Positions 38,901-52,385 of a stretch of 55,218 nt of DNA are shown here, in pieces. The DNA is taken from the NCBI GenBank assembly GCA_003614675.1, contig ML002259.1:1-55218 (forward strand). The letters run 5' to 3'. Every line of letters starts with the position of its first letter. Within the stretch, counting starts at the first letter, position 1. Origin of the DNA: Dimargaris cristalligena. Lineage: Eukaryota. The notes under the pieces are model-generated. The model saw only the letters and a program-made list of their open reading frames with translations. It did not search any database and was not told the DNA's origin. Made by a program: the position numbers and the translations under genes.

Positions 38901-41204
38901 CTAGTCGTCATACCGTAGCTCACTACCGTCAAAGCTCACTGAATTATTTTCCTTCTCCTTGTTGAACATAACGCGAACCTGGCAGTAGGGCTCACAGTCG
39001 AATTTACATAAGGGGCAGACGGCAGATTTGGTAATAAGCCACTTGTCGACGCAGGTCGTATGGAAAACGTGTTTGCAGGGCAGCTGGCGTACATAATGAC
39101 CCGACCGGAACCGGTCCAAGCAAATAGTGCAAGAGGGGTAGCCCTTTTCTTGCTGAATGGTACCGAGTGAGCCCATGGACCGAATCGAATCGGTAACGTG
39201 GGTCATAAGGGCGGGGATGCGCAGATGGGTATCCATGCTACGGCCGCTACAGTCATTCCCGTGGGCATCCTCGTCGTGGTCCTGGTCAGGGGTGCCGTAC
39301 TTTTCGTCCACGTTGATACGAAGATCATTAATATCGTCCTCATCATCGCTTCCGGTTGGACTCGTATGGCCCGTCTTATTCTTGATGGATTTATGGTGAA
39401 TGTCACGGGCCATATTATGCTTGGGCTTCTGGTCAGGTTCATAATCGACTCGGCAGTGGTGGGTGGGTTTGCTCGTTATTTCAGACAAGGAACCGATTGA
39501 GGTGGATCGGCGTTGGCTATGGAGACTGTGGCTTATGTGAACCTGGCTGGGGAACGAAGGCTTAGAGGAGATTTCCCGGAGGCTGCGAATAGTACTAACG
39601 GCATTTTGCAGACCTAGACTAATGATATTCTCTTTAGTCAGCTTGATCTTACGCAGGTAGGCCAGGTGGTCGCGATTCAATGGGGCAACCTTGACCCCGC
39701 GCAAAATAGAGGCCAGGGAGTCGATACCGCGGTTCCGACGCTCACGGCGCTCCTGGGTAACAATACGACGCCGACGCCGGAGACGGTAGCACATCCAGAC
39801 CGAAATGATGATCAGAACTCCGCCAAAGCTGCCCAACCCTGCAGCAGTACCCACGTTGGACGAACTACCGGACTGGGAGGTTGAGTCAGTCTGCTTGTCG
39901 CTGGAATTGAAGACCTGTACCCGCGCATACAAGCGGCGGGTGTATTTTCCCTGGGAGTCGTAGTTATTAACCTGGTCAACCATCCCAGAAAAGTCCGACG
40001 AGTTGGTGGAGAGGCTGCGGGAACTATCGGCCAGTTGGTCAATTAGGCTAGAAAGGGCCTCACCAATTGAATCATCGACGGTGATGACGGCCGTGAGGCG
40101 TAGGCGGGAGATAGCGGTTGCGTCGTACTCCCCAACATTGTAGGCCAGTATGAAGATGACATTCATGGAGCGCATCTGGTCGAAAATCTTGGGCTCGATG
40201 GACACCTCCTGGCCATTGACGACGGCAATATTCGAGAACCCAGCCAAGGGTTGTGGGTTGGCGGTACCTCGGAAGTTAAGGAGCATGCCCTAGTTAAGGG
40301 AGGGAGTGTCAAGGAGCATAATGGGGCACTAGTGGTTAGGATCAATTGGCGGTATGGGGACTAATTTTCGTTGGGTAGGGGACACCCCCACATACTAGGC
40401 CATATACGTGCGTATACAGTGGGAGTGGGCGTAAATGTGTGGGTATGAAACGAGGTAAGGAAGGTAGGTAGATGGTAGTGCCAATCACCAGAAAGGCCCT
40501 GGTTCAGATGGCCCTTCCATTCTTCACCAGGAATGTTGAACAGTGAGAGCAGTGGGAATAACCAATTGGTGATTTTCCGCTGTTCTAAACAACCGCGATT
40601 TTTAAGGCGTGGGTAATCCTCCGCAAGTCCACCCCGCTTGGTTTATGCTGAGCAGCACCCGAAAGGGAAATAGGTATAGAGCACCAAGACTAAAAATCGA
40701 CGCCGGACTGGGAGGGGTGGGTAGGATGGGATGGGATTACGCCTCCCGAGACCAGATAAGCTAGCTGCTCATACCCAAGGGATTTAACGAAATGTTTGCT
40801 ATAGTTGGCCAGGTATGGATGGCAACATGCTAAAATGCCCCACTCTGCATTCCGGATCGACCGGGGCGCTAGTTGGGGGGGCGTCTGTTGTGGCCCCGGC
40901 ATATAACAACCGGGATTTGCTTACAAATAAACTACCCCCATAAGACAGCGGACCCCGTAGAGGGTGGATAGAGGGCTACACTATACATCGAAGAATAAAG
41001 AATACCTACCGCAAATGAGTTATCCTGACCCGTGGTCAGGCCTGTAGTCGGGGCCACGGTGTTGTTCAGAAGGTTCACGGAGGTCAAGTTACCGAATACG
41101 CTCAAGTTTGGCTCGAGGAGGAGGGCATCGGTATTGAAAGTGACCCGGTAGGCGTGGGCTAATGGCCAGACCAGGGCCAGGAGTAGAGTGAGGATTGTAC
41201 GCAT
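38901..41204 (-). CDS. Type-I membrane RING-H2 E3 ubiquitin ligase (signal peptide, lumenal domain, TM, RING-H2); exons 41204-41010 and 40289-38901
   Basis: Signal MRTILTLLLALVWPLAHA. TM AAGLGSFGGVLIIISVWMCY followed by RLRRRRR. RING-H2 CTICLDRF...RQLPCKHVFHTTCVDKWL...CPLC. Phase-0 GTAGGT/ctag intron. Confidence 0.82.
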
Positions 41205-42975
41205 GGTGTTTACGATGTTCAGCGTAGATGTGTCTCTCCCTCTCCCTCGCTGAAAAATGGCCGATATGCGAAGCGGACCAATGGACAAGTGGATACGGAC
41301 AAAATATATGGTTTATGCAGTGTGATGACAGCGGCGGGCGGTATACCGGAACGCAAAGCAAAGCAAAGTAGGGTCAGAGTTGCTGGAATGCTTGAAGAAT
41401 AGATAAGTAGAGGCGATAGTGAAGCAGGAAAAAAGACTAAAAGCAAAACCGGGTGAAGCGGGCGGGGGGAAGGGGGCTCTCTTATACAGCCAAGCGCATA
41501 TAGCGAAGGATTCTAAACAGACGCATTGTGGGTGTGATGGGATATATATTGGTGAGCGTGCATAACAGCGATCCGTCCAAGCCAGGCGGCGATCTTCGGT
41601 GGCCAATGGAGAGAAGTCCCTTCACTGGCCCAACCAGGTAGGCGTTGTCCCTTGACTATAGGGGGGACCTTTCCTTTCCTTGTCTGCTTCACCCATCCAA
41701 CCATCATCCTATTCCAGCAAGGCTGGCCTTGGGATTGCCCAGATATTACTTTAGGCCCGCTGATCCCGATCTTCGCTCTCTTTTGATTCCGTTGCCATTC
41801 TGCCTCTTGTTCCCAATCTTCGCTGTTCTGGTCGGCTTCTACCATCTTTTCCCTTTAGGCCTTTGCTTTATTGTCTATTTCCCTCTTCTCTGGTTGGTTA
41901 ATACGACAAATTGGGCACACAATTCAAACTTGACTTTTCATTGGCGATAATTTATTACCCCTATTTGTGTTGCATCCTCCTCCTCATTAACGTTATTTTT
42001 AAGCCTGGCCATACTATATGAAGTACAGGTTGTCTAAGGAGGGCTTATTATGGCCCACGTAGCTATTGACTATATAGAAGGTAACCGTGCGCAGGTGAGT
42101 ATATACCCCCCTCCATCTATAAATGACCTTTATATAGTAAGTCTATATGTTACAGTGTTTGCCACACCTTACGGACCGACAATCCATATGTTTCTGTCTC
42201 ACTGTCCGTAGACACCCACCACATTTCTACTTATTCTCTCAGTATAACTAACCTTGACTTGCCGGTTATAGTTAATCAGTATACTGCATTAAATTAATTT
42301 TGGATATGCTGCTATATGATGAGGGTATGTGTGCCAGTTCTGATATTCCGCATTCTAGATTGTCGTAGATTCGTCATTTCTTTATTGCCTTCGGTAAGAT
42401 GAAGATTGAACCCCTAGGCCGTATTATGTTTTAATGGGCTGTTTACGCTTGCCTGCACCTTCGGAAGACAATTGCAAACGAATACATCCGTAAAACCGCC
42501 TAGTCAAGGATAGTACGAAGGGTTCTTTTATTACAGTTTTTATTATGGGGAGGGGGAGTGAATTCGAATGTGTAACGTTTGATTGCAGATTCCAGTGCCA
42601 AGCGGAAAGTAAAGCTGCGACCATCCGCAATGACAATTAGTTCGTCAGGATTTGGGCATTTTCGGCTGGTACTGATTTATTGGCACTACTAACCCACTTA
42701 TAATATTGAATATCTCTCATAAATAATATCTAATGTAATACTGGTTTATTGGTATTTTTGCCTCGTGCGCACTTCCGGTTTTATAAGGCTGCCTGCCTGC
42801 CAAAACGGTCTATTGCAACGTCCAAGCCAGAAAAAACACGCAAGACCATATTTTAATTTAAAGGTCTAATTGGAGTTAATAAAAGCAACCAGACTCAAGT
42901 AAATATATAACTAACTGAAAGATAATTTAAAAAATGTAAGAATAAAATAAATACGTAGGATCCCTTGACCTTAAA

Positions 42976-44617
42976 TTATTTGGAAATACGGAAAATTCTA
43001 CGGAAGTACTGACTGAGTTTTTTTTTACGACTTTGCGTACTGTTGGCCACTGATTCCGACTGGGATTTTCCCATTTCAGGGTCAGACTCTAGGGCCAGTT
43101 TCATGTTTTGTGGTGTGAGCCGGCTCTCAAAATGTTCAATATGCTTGGCATTGTTATAGTACCCGAGTTCCCCAGCCGGAGGGGGCAAAACCTCGGCATA
43201 CTGCAAAATGCGCTGGTTGGCAAACCAGGCCAACGGAACTATTTGCACCAAATCCCCCTCGTCCGTAAGGCGGAATACTTGAGTGTAGAAGGGGTGGATA
43301 TTCCACGGTTCTGCTTCGACCTCGTCATTCTCGGATGCCGGCCACATAATATCAAGGTTACTAAGTGCTAAATCCATACCCTCCCGCTCCATCGTCGCTA
43401 ACAGTACCGGCCGGGTAGCCAAACATTCACTGCCGAATCCCGTGGCCTTGCCCAACTGAATATCTAGAATCGGCCGCATCTGGTCCACCATGGTCAGATC
43501 TTCATTAATAGCCGCTATCGTAACGGTCATATAAACCAGTTGGCGTAGTGGGCCCACCAACACCGAACTCCTTTTACCGTCGGAGAGCTGGGCAATACGG
43601 TCAGCCGCCTTTCGGAAAAACTTGCAAATGCCTTCTTGGTTACCGCCTTGGTAGTAAAGGTACCAAACACCCGCCATCATGACCCGCATTGCGACGTAGG
43701 GGAGTAGCTTATCAAGTTCGAGGATGTCCGCGACGGGTTCTAAATTGACCGGATTGGGGCCATCCACCATGGTCAGACTGGTGGAAACCGGCCGAATGGA
43801 ATCCACCACCACTTTATTCCACAGCACCTCAAGTTGACGCACAGTCATATCGGCTACCATGGGGAACACGGCGCGAAAGCTCTGCTCATTCAAAAAAGAC
43901 AGGTTGATGGCCACCCGGCGGTCATTAGCAAGGAACTCGTTACCCTCATTAAGCGTCAGTAACTGGTAATACTTTTGCACGTCACTGGCACATTCATCAT
44001 CAGCATTGTCGAACCCGTATGGGTATTGCTCAAGGCAATAATCATAAGAGGGCTCTAAACGCTCTTGAACACGTAGAAGTACCGTATCCCACGATTCTAG
44101 GGGGGTCAGGCGAAACCATACGGGGGCAATCTCGCTCCACGTAAGTTGGTTGGTGTATATATCCGTTTGTTTCTGGAGGAGACTTTCCCAATCGGTTGGA
44201 CCCTAGAGGAATTATGAATGCATTGGTAAAGAAATTAGGGACAAACATTGCACCATATTAGCCCCAATGATTGGTCAGGTTGGTTTAATCTTATAAAACA
44301 ACTAATCTAGCGTACCATGCAAAATTTTTAGGCTACTAAATGAAACCGGCAGTATACCGTCCATAAGCTTGGTGGTATAATATACATATTCCGTCTATAT
44401 GTAGTCAACTTACCGATTGTCTCTTTTCGACTTTGACAAACGGACTGGATTCGGAATTATATATGGAAGATGTTCTATAGTCAAGTGTCCCCGTGAAGGA
44501 GGAACTCCTCTTGGAAAGCTCTCCGGGACCGGTGGTTTCATTAGGAGAAGCCCCGCAGGTATTTATAGCTGAGTGCAAATGAGCGGCGAGGGCCAGGACT
44601 ATAGTAGAGAGTCTCAT
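42976..44617 (-). CDS. Orphan putative secreted protein, 476 aa; exons 44617-44414 and 44202-42976
   Basis: Hydrophobic N-terminus MRLSTIVLALAAHLHSA. TCG|GTAAGT donor and ctctag acceptor join in frame with the 334-aa ORF. No domain recognised. Confidence 0.72.
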
Positions 44618-45836
44618 CTTGAGTGAATGCTGGTAAATACAGCGTAGTCAAAAACAGGGCTCAACCAAAAGTTGGTCGAACAAATTAAACAACCCAGCAC
44701 CCACTAAAGATACGAGTGCCAAACGTTCGGGTATGTAAAATGCGGTAGTGACAGCGAGGAAATGAACGGCAACAGTATTTTTATGCCCACATGGGGTAGC
44801 TGTTTCTGGGACTTTTATATCATCTGAGTCGCAGTCGAACTTTGAAAGACTCGTTGGGGGGCCTACGTGACAAGAGCGACGGCAAAGATATGGCGTTCCA
44901 ATGCTTTGTGACACTATCCGCCGAATAGTTAGTGTTTTATTTTGCCAACAGAAAAAAACAGAACATATGGAAATGTTCCGTAAACAGCTGTCGGGCATAT
45001 GCTTAGGGCGCTGTTTCCATTATTCGCCCAGACCCAAGTTCATCATATTTAGTCCATCGGATTTTCCAGACGTCCCGTCGATTACACAGGTGCTCATAGA
45101 TGAGAGCGACGAACTCGCTATTTCAGTATATGGTTGGGTTCCACACCGCTCTACATTTCCAAGATGGTGGTGGTACACTCCGTATTAGCCTTGGAAGGCA
45201 CATGTCCATTACGTCGGTATGGTCATGGAAATGTTCGTTTATAGAACTCGGGGGTAATTGTCAATAGTGGGGCTTCAAGACTCTTTGTGTGTGGGTATCT
45301 AAGAACTTACCGCGCTTATTGGAGGCTGTGGGCTGGTCGGATAGATGAATTGTTAAAGAGAAATACTTGGGTGGGGTATCTCACCTCTCATGTAGCCCTA
45401 TTAAACAATGCCTAAGTAGGCTGCATACATCTATCGGTGCCCTGGGGAATATAGCTTTCTAATCTTCTATAATACCCGATGCTCTAGGCTCAAGCCAGCT
45501 GCATACGGCCCACTCAAGGTATTTTGGCCAGTCACTCGGCTAAATGCGCATATAATCAATACTAACCACCTATTGATGAAACTATTGTACCCAATTTAAT
45601 ACTGATCACTGAGCATCATGAGTTGATTACTACTAATAATAAAATGAAAAATGAAAACATATACTACTTAAAAAAACATTTCGAATGCCATGCTACCTAT
45701 CAAGCTAGGACCCGAGTGCCCTTATTATCCAGCCCAACGTAAAAGATGCCTTATCAAACGGGGGATGTTAAAAAATAATTACCGTGCTACGGTCCATTTC
45801 CCCCCGAGGGTCTGATATATGAGCGCAAAGCAAAGG

Positions 45837-48800
45837 CTACACTCGTTCATAGAAAAGCAGGTAGGCCTGAGAGTCCAATACCTCTTCAAGCCGAGAAGGG
45901 CGCACCCGACTATCGCTGCAATAGGTCCAGATGCGACCACCCGCCTCGGAATTGGTCGGCTCGTGATCGGCAGAGTGGTGCGCCGGACTGGCCACATAGG
46001 CGACATAATGCCCAAAATTGATTGAGCCCATATGTTCTACTACGGCATATAGGCGGTACTGGTGACCTTCCGACATTATATCCGCACCTTCCGCGTCGGG
46101 GTTCCCGCTTGCGGGGGATTCGCCTGCTAATTCGCGAGCCAACGTCGGGGGAATGATGTAAGGGGTCATATCGAGGTGCTCCGGGAAAGCGATTGGGTCG
46201 TCCAGTTTACGGGTGGTATAGCTACGGTAGGTGCTCACCTGTTGGAACCGTTTTAGATGGAAAATAAGGACAGGCGGGCACGGGTGCTGGATAAGATACC
46301 GGCGCCGAGCCGGCTGGTCAATCAGCGGGCCGGAACTAGGGGGAGTGTCGGGGGCGTCCGAAGCCGCATCCGATAGGGTCATGGATTCGTTATCCTGTTC
46401 AGCGGCCTGCTGTTCCCGCAGCAATTTGGTACAGTTCTCGCAGGCATACGCGTTGTCCCCCTCCAATTTCTCCACCATGGCGAACCGCCGCAGGCAGTCC
46501 TCCAGAGTCTGGGGGCCCCGCCGGGTTACCGGAAGGCCAATCTGGCTTTGGCTGCGGATTCCAAGGGAGGATGTCAGGGCAGGTGGGCCAGAGTGGGGCG
46601 CCTGTAGACTCTGCGTGGAAGCTTGGTGGTGTAACCGACCCGAAGAGGTCAGTTCAGGAAGGGTGGGAGGGAGCTGACCAGGCACCGGTGCAAATAACTT
46701 CTCAACCAGTTGATTGCGGACCTCATCTACCACGACCACTGGTGATGACCGGCGGGGCCGAATATTTGGGGACAGCGGAGGTGAAGATACGGGGGAAAGA
46801 GGACCAGGAGATCCACCATTTGATGAGCTCACATCAGGAGCACTATTGCTATTAAGCGAGGCCCGGCCGGTATCCGAGCCCGTGGCTTCTGATTCACTAT
46901 CGGCTTCTATAGCGTGTTCAATCGACATGGTTCGGAGCTTTGTGGTCACTTTGGCCACTGGTCGGACTGTGTATTGTGGGGGATCGCCGAGGGAGTGGGC
47001 GGAATCAGAGTCGGAATCGGAACCGGAAGCAGAACCGGACAATAGTGGGGTGAACTCCGGTTGGGTGGGGCTCTGGTCGCCTTCATTATCACTGAGGGGG
47101 ATCTCCATTGTCGACTGAGCAGTGGGCAGTAGACGTATTATAAAAGTATAGTCAAATTGGTTTACGACATATGTTACAATTAGCTAGTGTGCTATTATTC
47201 GGATGCCAACATCTTCAGCTTGCCAACTTGGGAAATCCCCATAGGCAGGTTAAAGCCACCTAACCCGATTTCCATCACCCACCCATAATCGCCGACAAGA
47301 ATACCATTATAATACTGGGGAACCTACATCATGGGCACTGTCCTCCTGGCTATCAGCCGTGTCCTCGGGAGAGGTCCAGGGATCCGCGACTTTTAGCTTG
47401 GACTTCTTGCGTAGGGGTGACCGACCGGAGTCCATAGGCTTATTTTCCGAGGCGATGGCCAGGGATAAGTCATAGAACGGTTCCTTAGGTTGAACGATGG
47501 TAAAGCAAACGTCGCACACAATGGGGTTGGTTAGTCGACCGGCAAAGAGGTCGTCCACGTAGGTGGTTTTACCAGTCTCGGTAGTCGTTACAGTTTTGGC
47601 GATGAGTTTGTTGACGGCCGCCCGATAGGGGTTCGGGGATTTAGCAGGGGGGGCTGATTCGGTACCGGAGTCCGAATCACTCGAGGCTTTGGGGGATGCG
47701 GAGGGTGGGGAGCCCAGGTCCCGGTGGATTTTAACGGCCTCTTCCTGAAGCGCATCAAAGAGCATTCGCAGGAATTCGTGGCTATCCTGCTGCTGGTAGC
47801 CCTTGAACTGGCGCCAGCGCCGCGAGACGGCGGAAAACAGCGGGTTAGGATTAACAACGGAGTCCCGGCCCCGCTCGGTGTTCGACCAGACATTGTTGAG
47901 TACACTGACGAAGGGGTAGGTCAAAGGGGAAGGGGGGGCTGGGGCAAAGAGCGAGAATCGATGTGATTTGAGAGGCATGGACTCATTTTCACCGGCGGAG
48001 TCAGCTCCTTCGAGCCCTTCGGCGGACAAGCGGAGTTGGTCTCGGAGGGGGCGGGTGGCCAGTAGGGCCTGTAGGACTGAGTTAAAGAAACACGTATTGC
48101 CCAGATTGGTCAGTCCACACGTTGGGGGTTGTGGGCGTGAAGCTGGCCGCTCGGATCCAACAGGGGATAGTGCCCGGGGCGACGAGGGAGGTGAGTTGAT
48201 TTTAGCTGAAGTTTGGACGGCCGTACGATTAGCCTTGGCAGGGCGGGAACGGTGGGACCCGGAGGATTGCGGAGGCGTAGAAGTGGACAATACGCCACTG
48301 GCGACCGATTTAAGGGCACCGTCAATGGCGGCCTTGGCTTCCATCAAAAGCTGATTTTTCCGGTCGGTGACGGCTACCTCAGCCTGGCAACCGAAGCACC
48401 AAAATTGACCTGTGCTGGGTTGGAGGAAAATGGCATGCTGTTGATTAAGGCGGGTAAAATGCTCGTGGGCGTGGCCTGAGGTAAAATTGGGTGGGTTCGC
48501 CGAATCGGTGCAAAAGGATTTGCCACAGATAAGGCAGAGCAAACAGGGGTGTTTGGCTGTCGCTTCAGGTGGAGAGGCATCATCATTGGATTCGCAGGCT
48601 GGCTCTGACGCGGCCTTGCTACAGGTCTGGGTAATTATAGGTCAGCCACCGATGATATGCAGCCAAGGGGAAATAGTTAGTAACCCCATATAAAACTACA
48701 CTATATCTTTTCTATATGACCACTATATATAAGTAGGTGCTAATAATTCCGATGATTGGCTAGGGCTGGAGGCAGTGGAAAACTGGGGTCCAATCCCAAT

Positions 48801-49435
48801 TTAGAAAAGCACGGGATGAATGTGGTTCACTTACCTGACATTGGTCATGGTGCGAAATATGCTCACTAAAAGATTTTTTAAGCTTGGGGATTTTGACCTG
48901 TTTAATGTGGGTGCATTTGTGAACCACGAGTTTCTGAAGGAGTTCGCCAGCGGCTGACGGACCTTCGTCGTCCGAAGTCGCGGGCGAATAAAGGGAATCG
49001 GCCTTGATCGGCACTTCCACATACGGCACTGTTGAGGCATTGGGGGGTGTTTGCGGGCAAGAAAGTCGAAGGGAAAGGGAATACCCCACAGGACAGAGTA
49101 GAGAGAAAGAGAGGGTGGGTGCCATACACATGTACCAATATGAGTATGTGGGGTCCACAAGGCCAAGCGCAGTAGCACCCGTTCAGGGCAGGCGGCCCTA
49201 CTAGGCTCAGGAAGCATATGAATGATAGACTGCCGAGTGGCCGGAAAATCCAGCTAAATCGAGGGGTGGTCAGTGCGAAATAGGGCTGGTATATTCAAGG
49301 CTCAGTGCCCCGCCTTGGCAACTTACCCGCTTGTGAATTCGCCGAATCATCGTCAACGGGCAGAGGGCTCGACAGGAGCGAGTCGTGGGAGGCAGTGGCG
49401 GACCCGGCCCGCCTTCTATTCTTCTTGCGGCCCAT
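45837..49435 (-). CDS. Ubiquitin-specific protease with zf-UBP domain (USP16/USP45-like); exons 49435-49327, 49028-48835, 48626-47328, 47114-45837
   Basis: zf-UBP (CTH...CQTC...LCLICG...HAHEHF...HAI...WCFGC), Cys box GLTNLGNTCFFNSVLQAL, QQDSHEFL, LIFHLKRFQQ, His box YAVVEHMGSINFGHYVAYV, SDS and AYLLFYER. Confidence 0.92.
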
Positions 49436-49913
49436 GGTAATGGCGGGCTCAGTGAGGGGCGAGGGCGGGGGTCGTTTGCTTATTTTTGCGGCGAACCGAT
49501 GGGACGGCGGGATGGCACGGCACAACACAACGGGTGGAAAAAAACGGGGGGGCACGGTGCTGGGGATCGGACGTGGGACAGTTGCCAACAATGCAGATGG
49601 AAAAGGATCCGGCTTAAGTGGATGCGGAGTTGGAATCAAGCGGAGAGGGGGGGGTGGATTGATAGCAGCCACGCTAGTCTAGGGAAGGAAGGCAGAGAGG
49701 GCTCGCTAACCTTTCTGGTTTAACTAGACACCACCACCACCTTAGCCAAGGCACTCAGCCCCATTCCTTCCCCCCCTGTTCCGGCCCATCCGACTGGGTC
49801 ACCCACCTTCACCTTTCTTTGTTCTTAGTTCCATTGAGGCTTCTAGTTCCTCGTGTCGCATACTTCTTTTCTCCATTGGGTTTCCCCGGCTAGGGCCGCC
49901 AACCACCACCACC

Positions 49914-52385
49914 ATGTCGCTGGTATCCGATCCCGACTACCTTATCCACCAGCTCCGCATCCAGTTCCTGCGGTCGGAGGACCGCATCGGGGACCGCATC
50001 ATCACCTTTCCGTCCGTTGAAAAACTAATGGAAAACCCCTACATCCAAGCCAACGGTCCCTACCCTGAACTGCAATACAGCATCTCCCCCGACATTCAGT
50101 TCCAGGGCGACTACTATTTTGGTGACCGGACCCCTGGTCTGAGCTCTGCCTCCGGCGGCACCAACCATAACAGCTCAACCGCCACCCCCACTACCTCCTC
50201 AAGGAACGCCCCCGCTCCTCCGTCTGGTCTACGCCACCGCGCCGCTACCGATGGCCAGATCCAGGCCACCCGGGAGAATGGCAAACCACCCCGCCATCCC
50301 CATCCCTCCACAGGCTCCAAGGCCGCCATATCTTGGTCCAAGTCCCGCACCAGCGCCAGCTCCGTCGCTAGTCTGACGGAAGGCCCGAATCGCACGTCTA
50401 AGCGAACCAGCCCCAATACCTCGGGGTACCCCGCCGAAGATTCCGTACCGCCAGTACCTCCACTGCCTCTGGCCATCAATCCGCTCATCCCACACCCCGG
50501 TGCCCTAAACCAAGGGGCCGACGGAGGGGGAGGGGTTGACCCCAACAACACCTCCAACATGCTGTCGAACTTGAGTATGGAAAGTGACGATAGTATCGAT
50601 TTGGAGGCCGACGTAGGTTCAGCCCAAGTCCCCCAGGGCTTCACTTCACCCCTCCCCTTGACTTCACCCACGAAACTAATCGACGGCGAACCCGACTCCC
50701 AAAGGGTATCTCCCATGGCCTCACCACCTTCGCGATCCCCCCGACTGGAGGGCGTAGGATCTTCCTCGTCGCTCGATCTAGTGCCTCAATCACCTCCGCC
50801 TATCCAACCGCGGGACTCGCTCGACGTGGCACGGCAACGAGACTCCCCGACCCACCCGCCTCCGACCGCCCCACCCTCCCCCGAACCCGAGTTCCAGCGC
50901 TGCCCCCTTTCGGTCTACGATGATTCCGCGGCATCGGGACTCAGTCTACTGTTGGTGGAGAAGAAGGAATCCAAAAATAACCCACTGGCTGCTCGCTACC
51001 GGGCCCTAGGGGGTCAGGGCGATGTCAATCCCCTCGCACTCGATATGTTTATTCCCCACGCGAGTGAGCCGCAGACTCCCTTGCAAATTGTAGTCAAGCG
51101 GAACACCACGGTGGAAGATGTTATTGGGTTCTCTTTATTCGAATACATTGAACGGGGCTGGTCCCCCGAGTTAACCGAGGCCCAGGCCAGCATTGGCGGC
51201 TGGAATATCCGCATGGTCGAAGATGACGGTGAGATTGACGAGGACTTCCCCGTCCTGGACCGAACCCGCCAAATATCCAAGTTCGGGGCGAGCCAGTTTG
51301 CTCTATGTGCGACTGCGGTGGCCCAGCCCCCCGCCCGACCCGAACCCATCCGAACCCCTGTCCGTGGGGGGCCCCCGGCCCGGGATAGCCCCCGTCGAAT
51401 CCAACCCGGGGCAGCCTTCCCCCTCCGGGCCCCACCAACGGAAGCCCCGTTGCCCAAACGCCTGGTTAAAATCCACATCCACTCCACGGTAGAAGCCCTG
51501 CGCACAACGACCATGAGTCTGGTCCCTACCCATACCCTGTACGAGACGCTGGTTCGTATATGCGATAAATGGCAAATTGACCGGGACCAGTATATTCTCA
51601 CCACCGCCGACACCAAAGTCCCGCTCGACCTGAACATGACTTTGCGCGACTTACCCCGCGTTTCCGAACTCTACTTGTACCGCCAGGGTGCTACGCTCAG
51701 CATCTACGGTAACGAAAATATGCGGCCCTTCTCCATCTTTCTTGACTCGCAGCCCCCCGAGAGTCGAAATGCGGGTCCCCCCAAGAACCCGACTATATCC
51801 GAACGATTCGCCGCCGGCCCTAAGACGACCAGCGCCCCGCCCCTGCCCCCACCAACTCCAGTAACCATGGAAGGCGGCGAGATTCTGCCTCTTACTCCTC
51901 CCGTTGCATTCCCTCCTTCACTTGGCCGGACCCCACCACCTCCCACACCGGAGCCCCAGGTCCCCTTGGCGCCAACTACGACAGGACTGGTTCCCTTTTC
52001 ACCCCACCACAACGAGGGCGGAGGCCCCCCTCGTACCAGTGGGAATCGAACCCAGTCCCAGCCCATCTACCGCCAATATACGGTCGTCCGCCGTACCCCC
52101 ATGTTTACTGGTCATGAGCGCTCCTTGATCATCGACGAGGATTACATCCACCTTTCCCCCTCCGAGCAAAAGCACATGTTTGATAGCATGAAGACTTCGG
52201 TCCATCATATTAGCGCTGTCAAATCATGCAACATTAACCGCAAACTTCCCCGTAAATTTAAACTCATGATCATTCGGGACCATGGCAACAAGTCCTACGA
52301 CTTGGAGGCCGCCACCCCCGAGGAGGCCCAGGAAATCTGTAATATTATCAACCATATCCTACGCCGGTTTAAATCGGATCTCTAG
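49914..52385 (+). CDS. SIN1: TORC2 subunit Sin1/Avo1 (N-terminal, CRIM, RBD-like and PH domains), single exon
   Basis: N-terminal DPDYLIHQLRIQFL. CRIM VEDVIGFSLFEY...WNIRMVEDDGEIDEDFPVLDR...FALC. PH YRQYTVVRRTPMFTGHERSLIIDEDYIH...YDLEA. Confidence 0.93.
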   Translation: MSLVSDPDYLIHQLRIQFLRSEDRIGDRIITFPSVEKLMENPYIQANGPYPELQYSISPDIQFQGDYYFGDRTPGLSSASGGTNHNSSTATPTTSSRNAPAPPSGLRHRAATDGQIQATRENGKPPRHPHPSTGSKAAISWSKSRTSASSVASLTEGPNRTSKRTSPNTSGYPAEDSVPPVPPLPLAINPLIPHPGALNQGADGGGGVDPNNTSNMLSNLSMESDDSIDLEADVGSAQVPQGFTSPLPLTSPTKLIDGEPDSQRVSPMASPPSRSPRLEGVGSSSSLDLVPQSPPPIQPRDSLDVARQRDSPTHPPPTAPPSPEPEFQRCPLSVYDDSAASGLSLLLVEKKESKNNPLAARYRALGGQGDVNPLALDMFIPHASEPQTPLQIVVKRNTTVEDVIGFSLFEYIERGWSPELTEAQASIGGWNIRMVEDDGEIDEDFPVLDRTRQISKFGASQFALCATAVAQPPARPEPIRTPVRGGPPARDSPRRIQPGAAFPLRAPPTEAPLPKRLVKIHIHSTVEALRTTTMSLVPTHTLYETLVRICDKWQIDRDQYILTTADTKVPLDLNMTLRDLPRVSELYLYRQGATLSIYGNENMRPFSIFLDSQPPESRNAGPPKNPTISERFAAGPKTTSAPPLPPPTPVTMEGGEILPLTPPVAFPPSLGRTPPPPTPEPQVPLAPTTTGLVPFSPHHNEGGGPPRTSGNRTQSQPIYRQYTVVRRTPMFTGHERSLIIDEDYIHLSPSEQKHMFDSMKTSVHHISAVKSCNINRKLPRKFKLMIIRDHGNKSYDLEAATPEEAQEICNIINHILRRFKSDL

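Noticed and set aside
11824-49435. CreC plus the USP as a CreB-CreC partner cluster
   Set aside because: CreC/WDR20 partners USP12/46-type (CreB) enzymes. This USP has a zf-UBP domain and USP16/45-like features, and lies 30 kb away.
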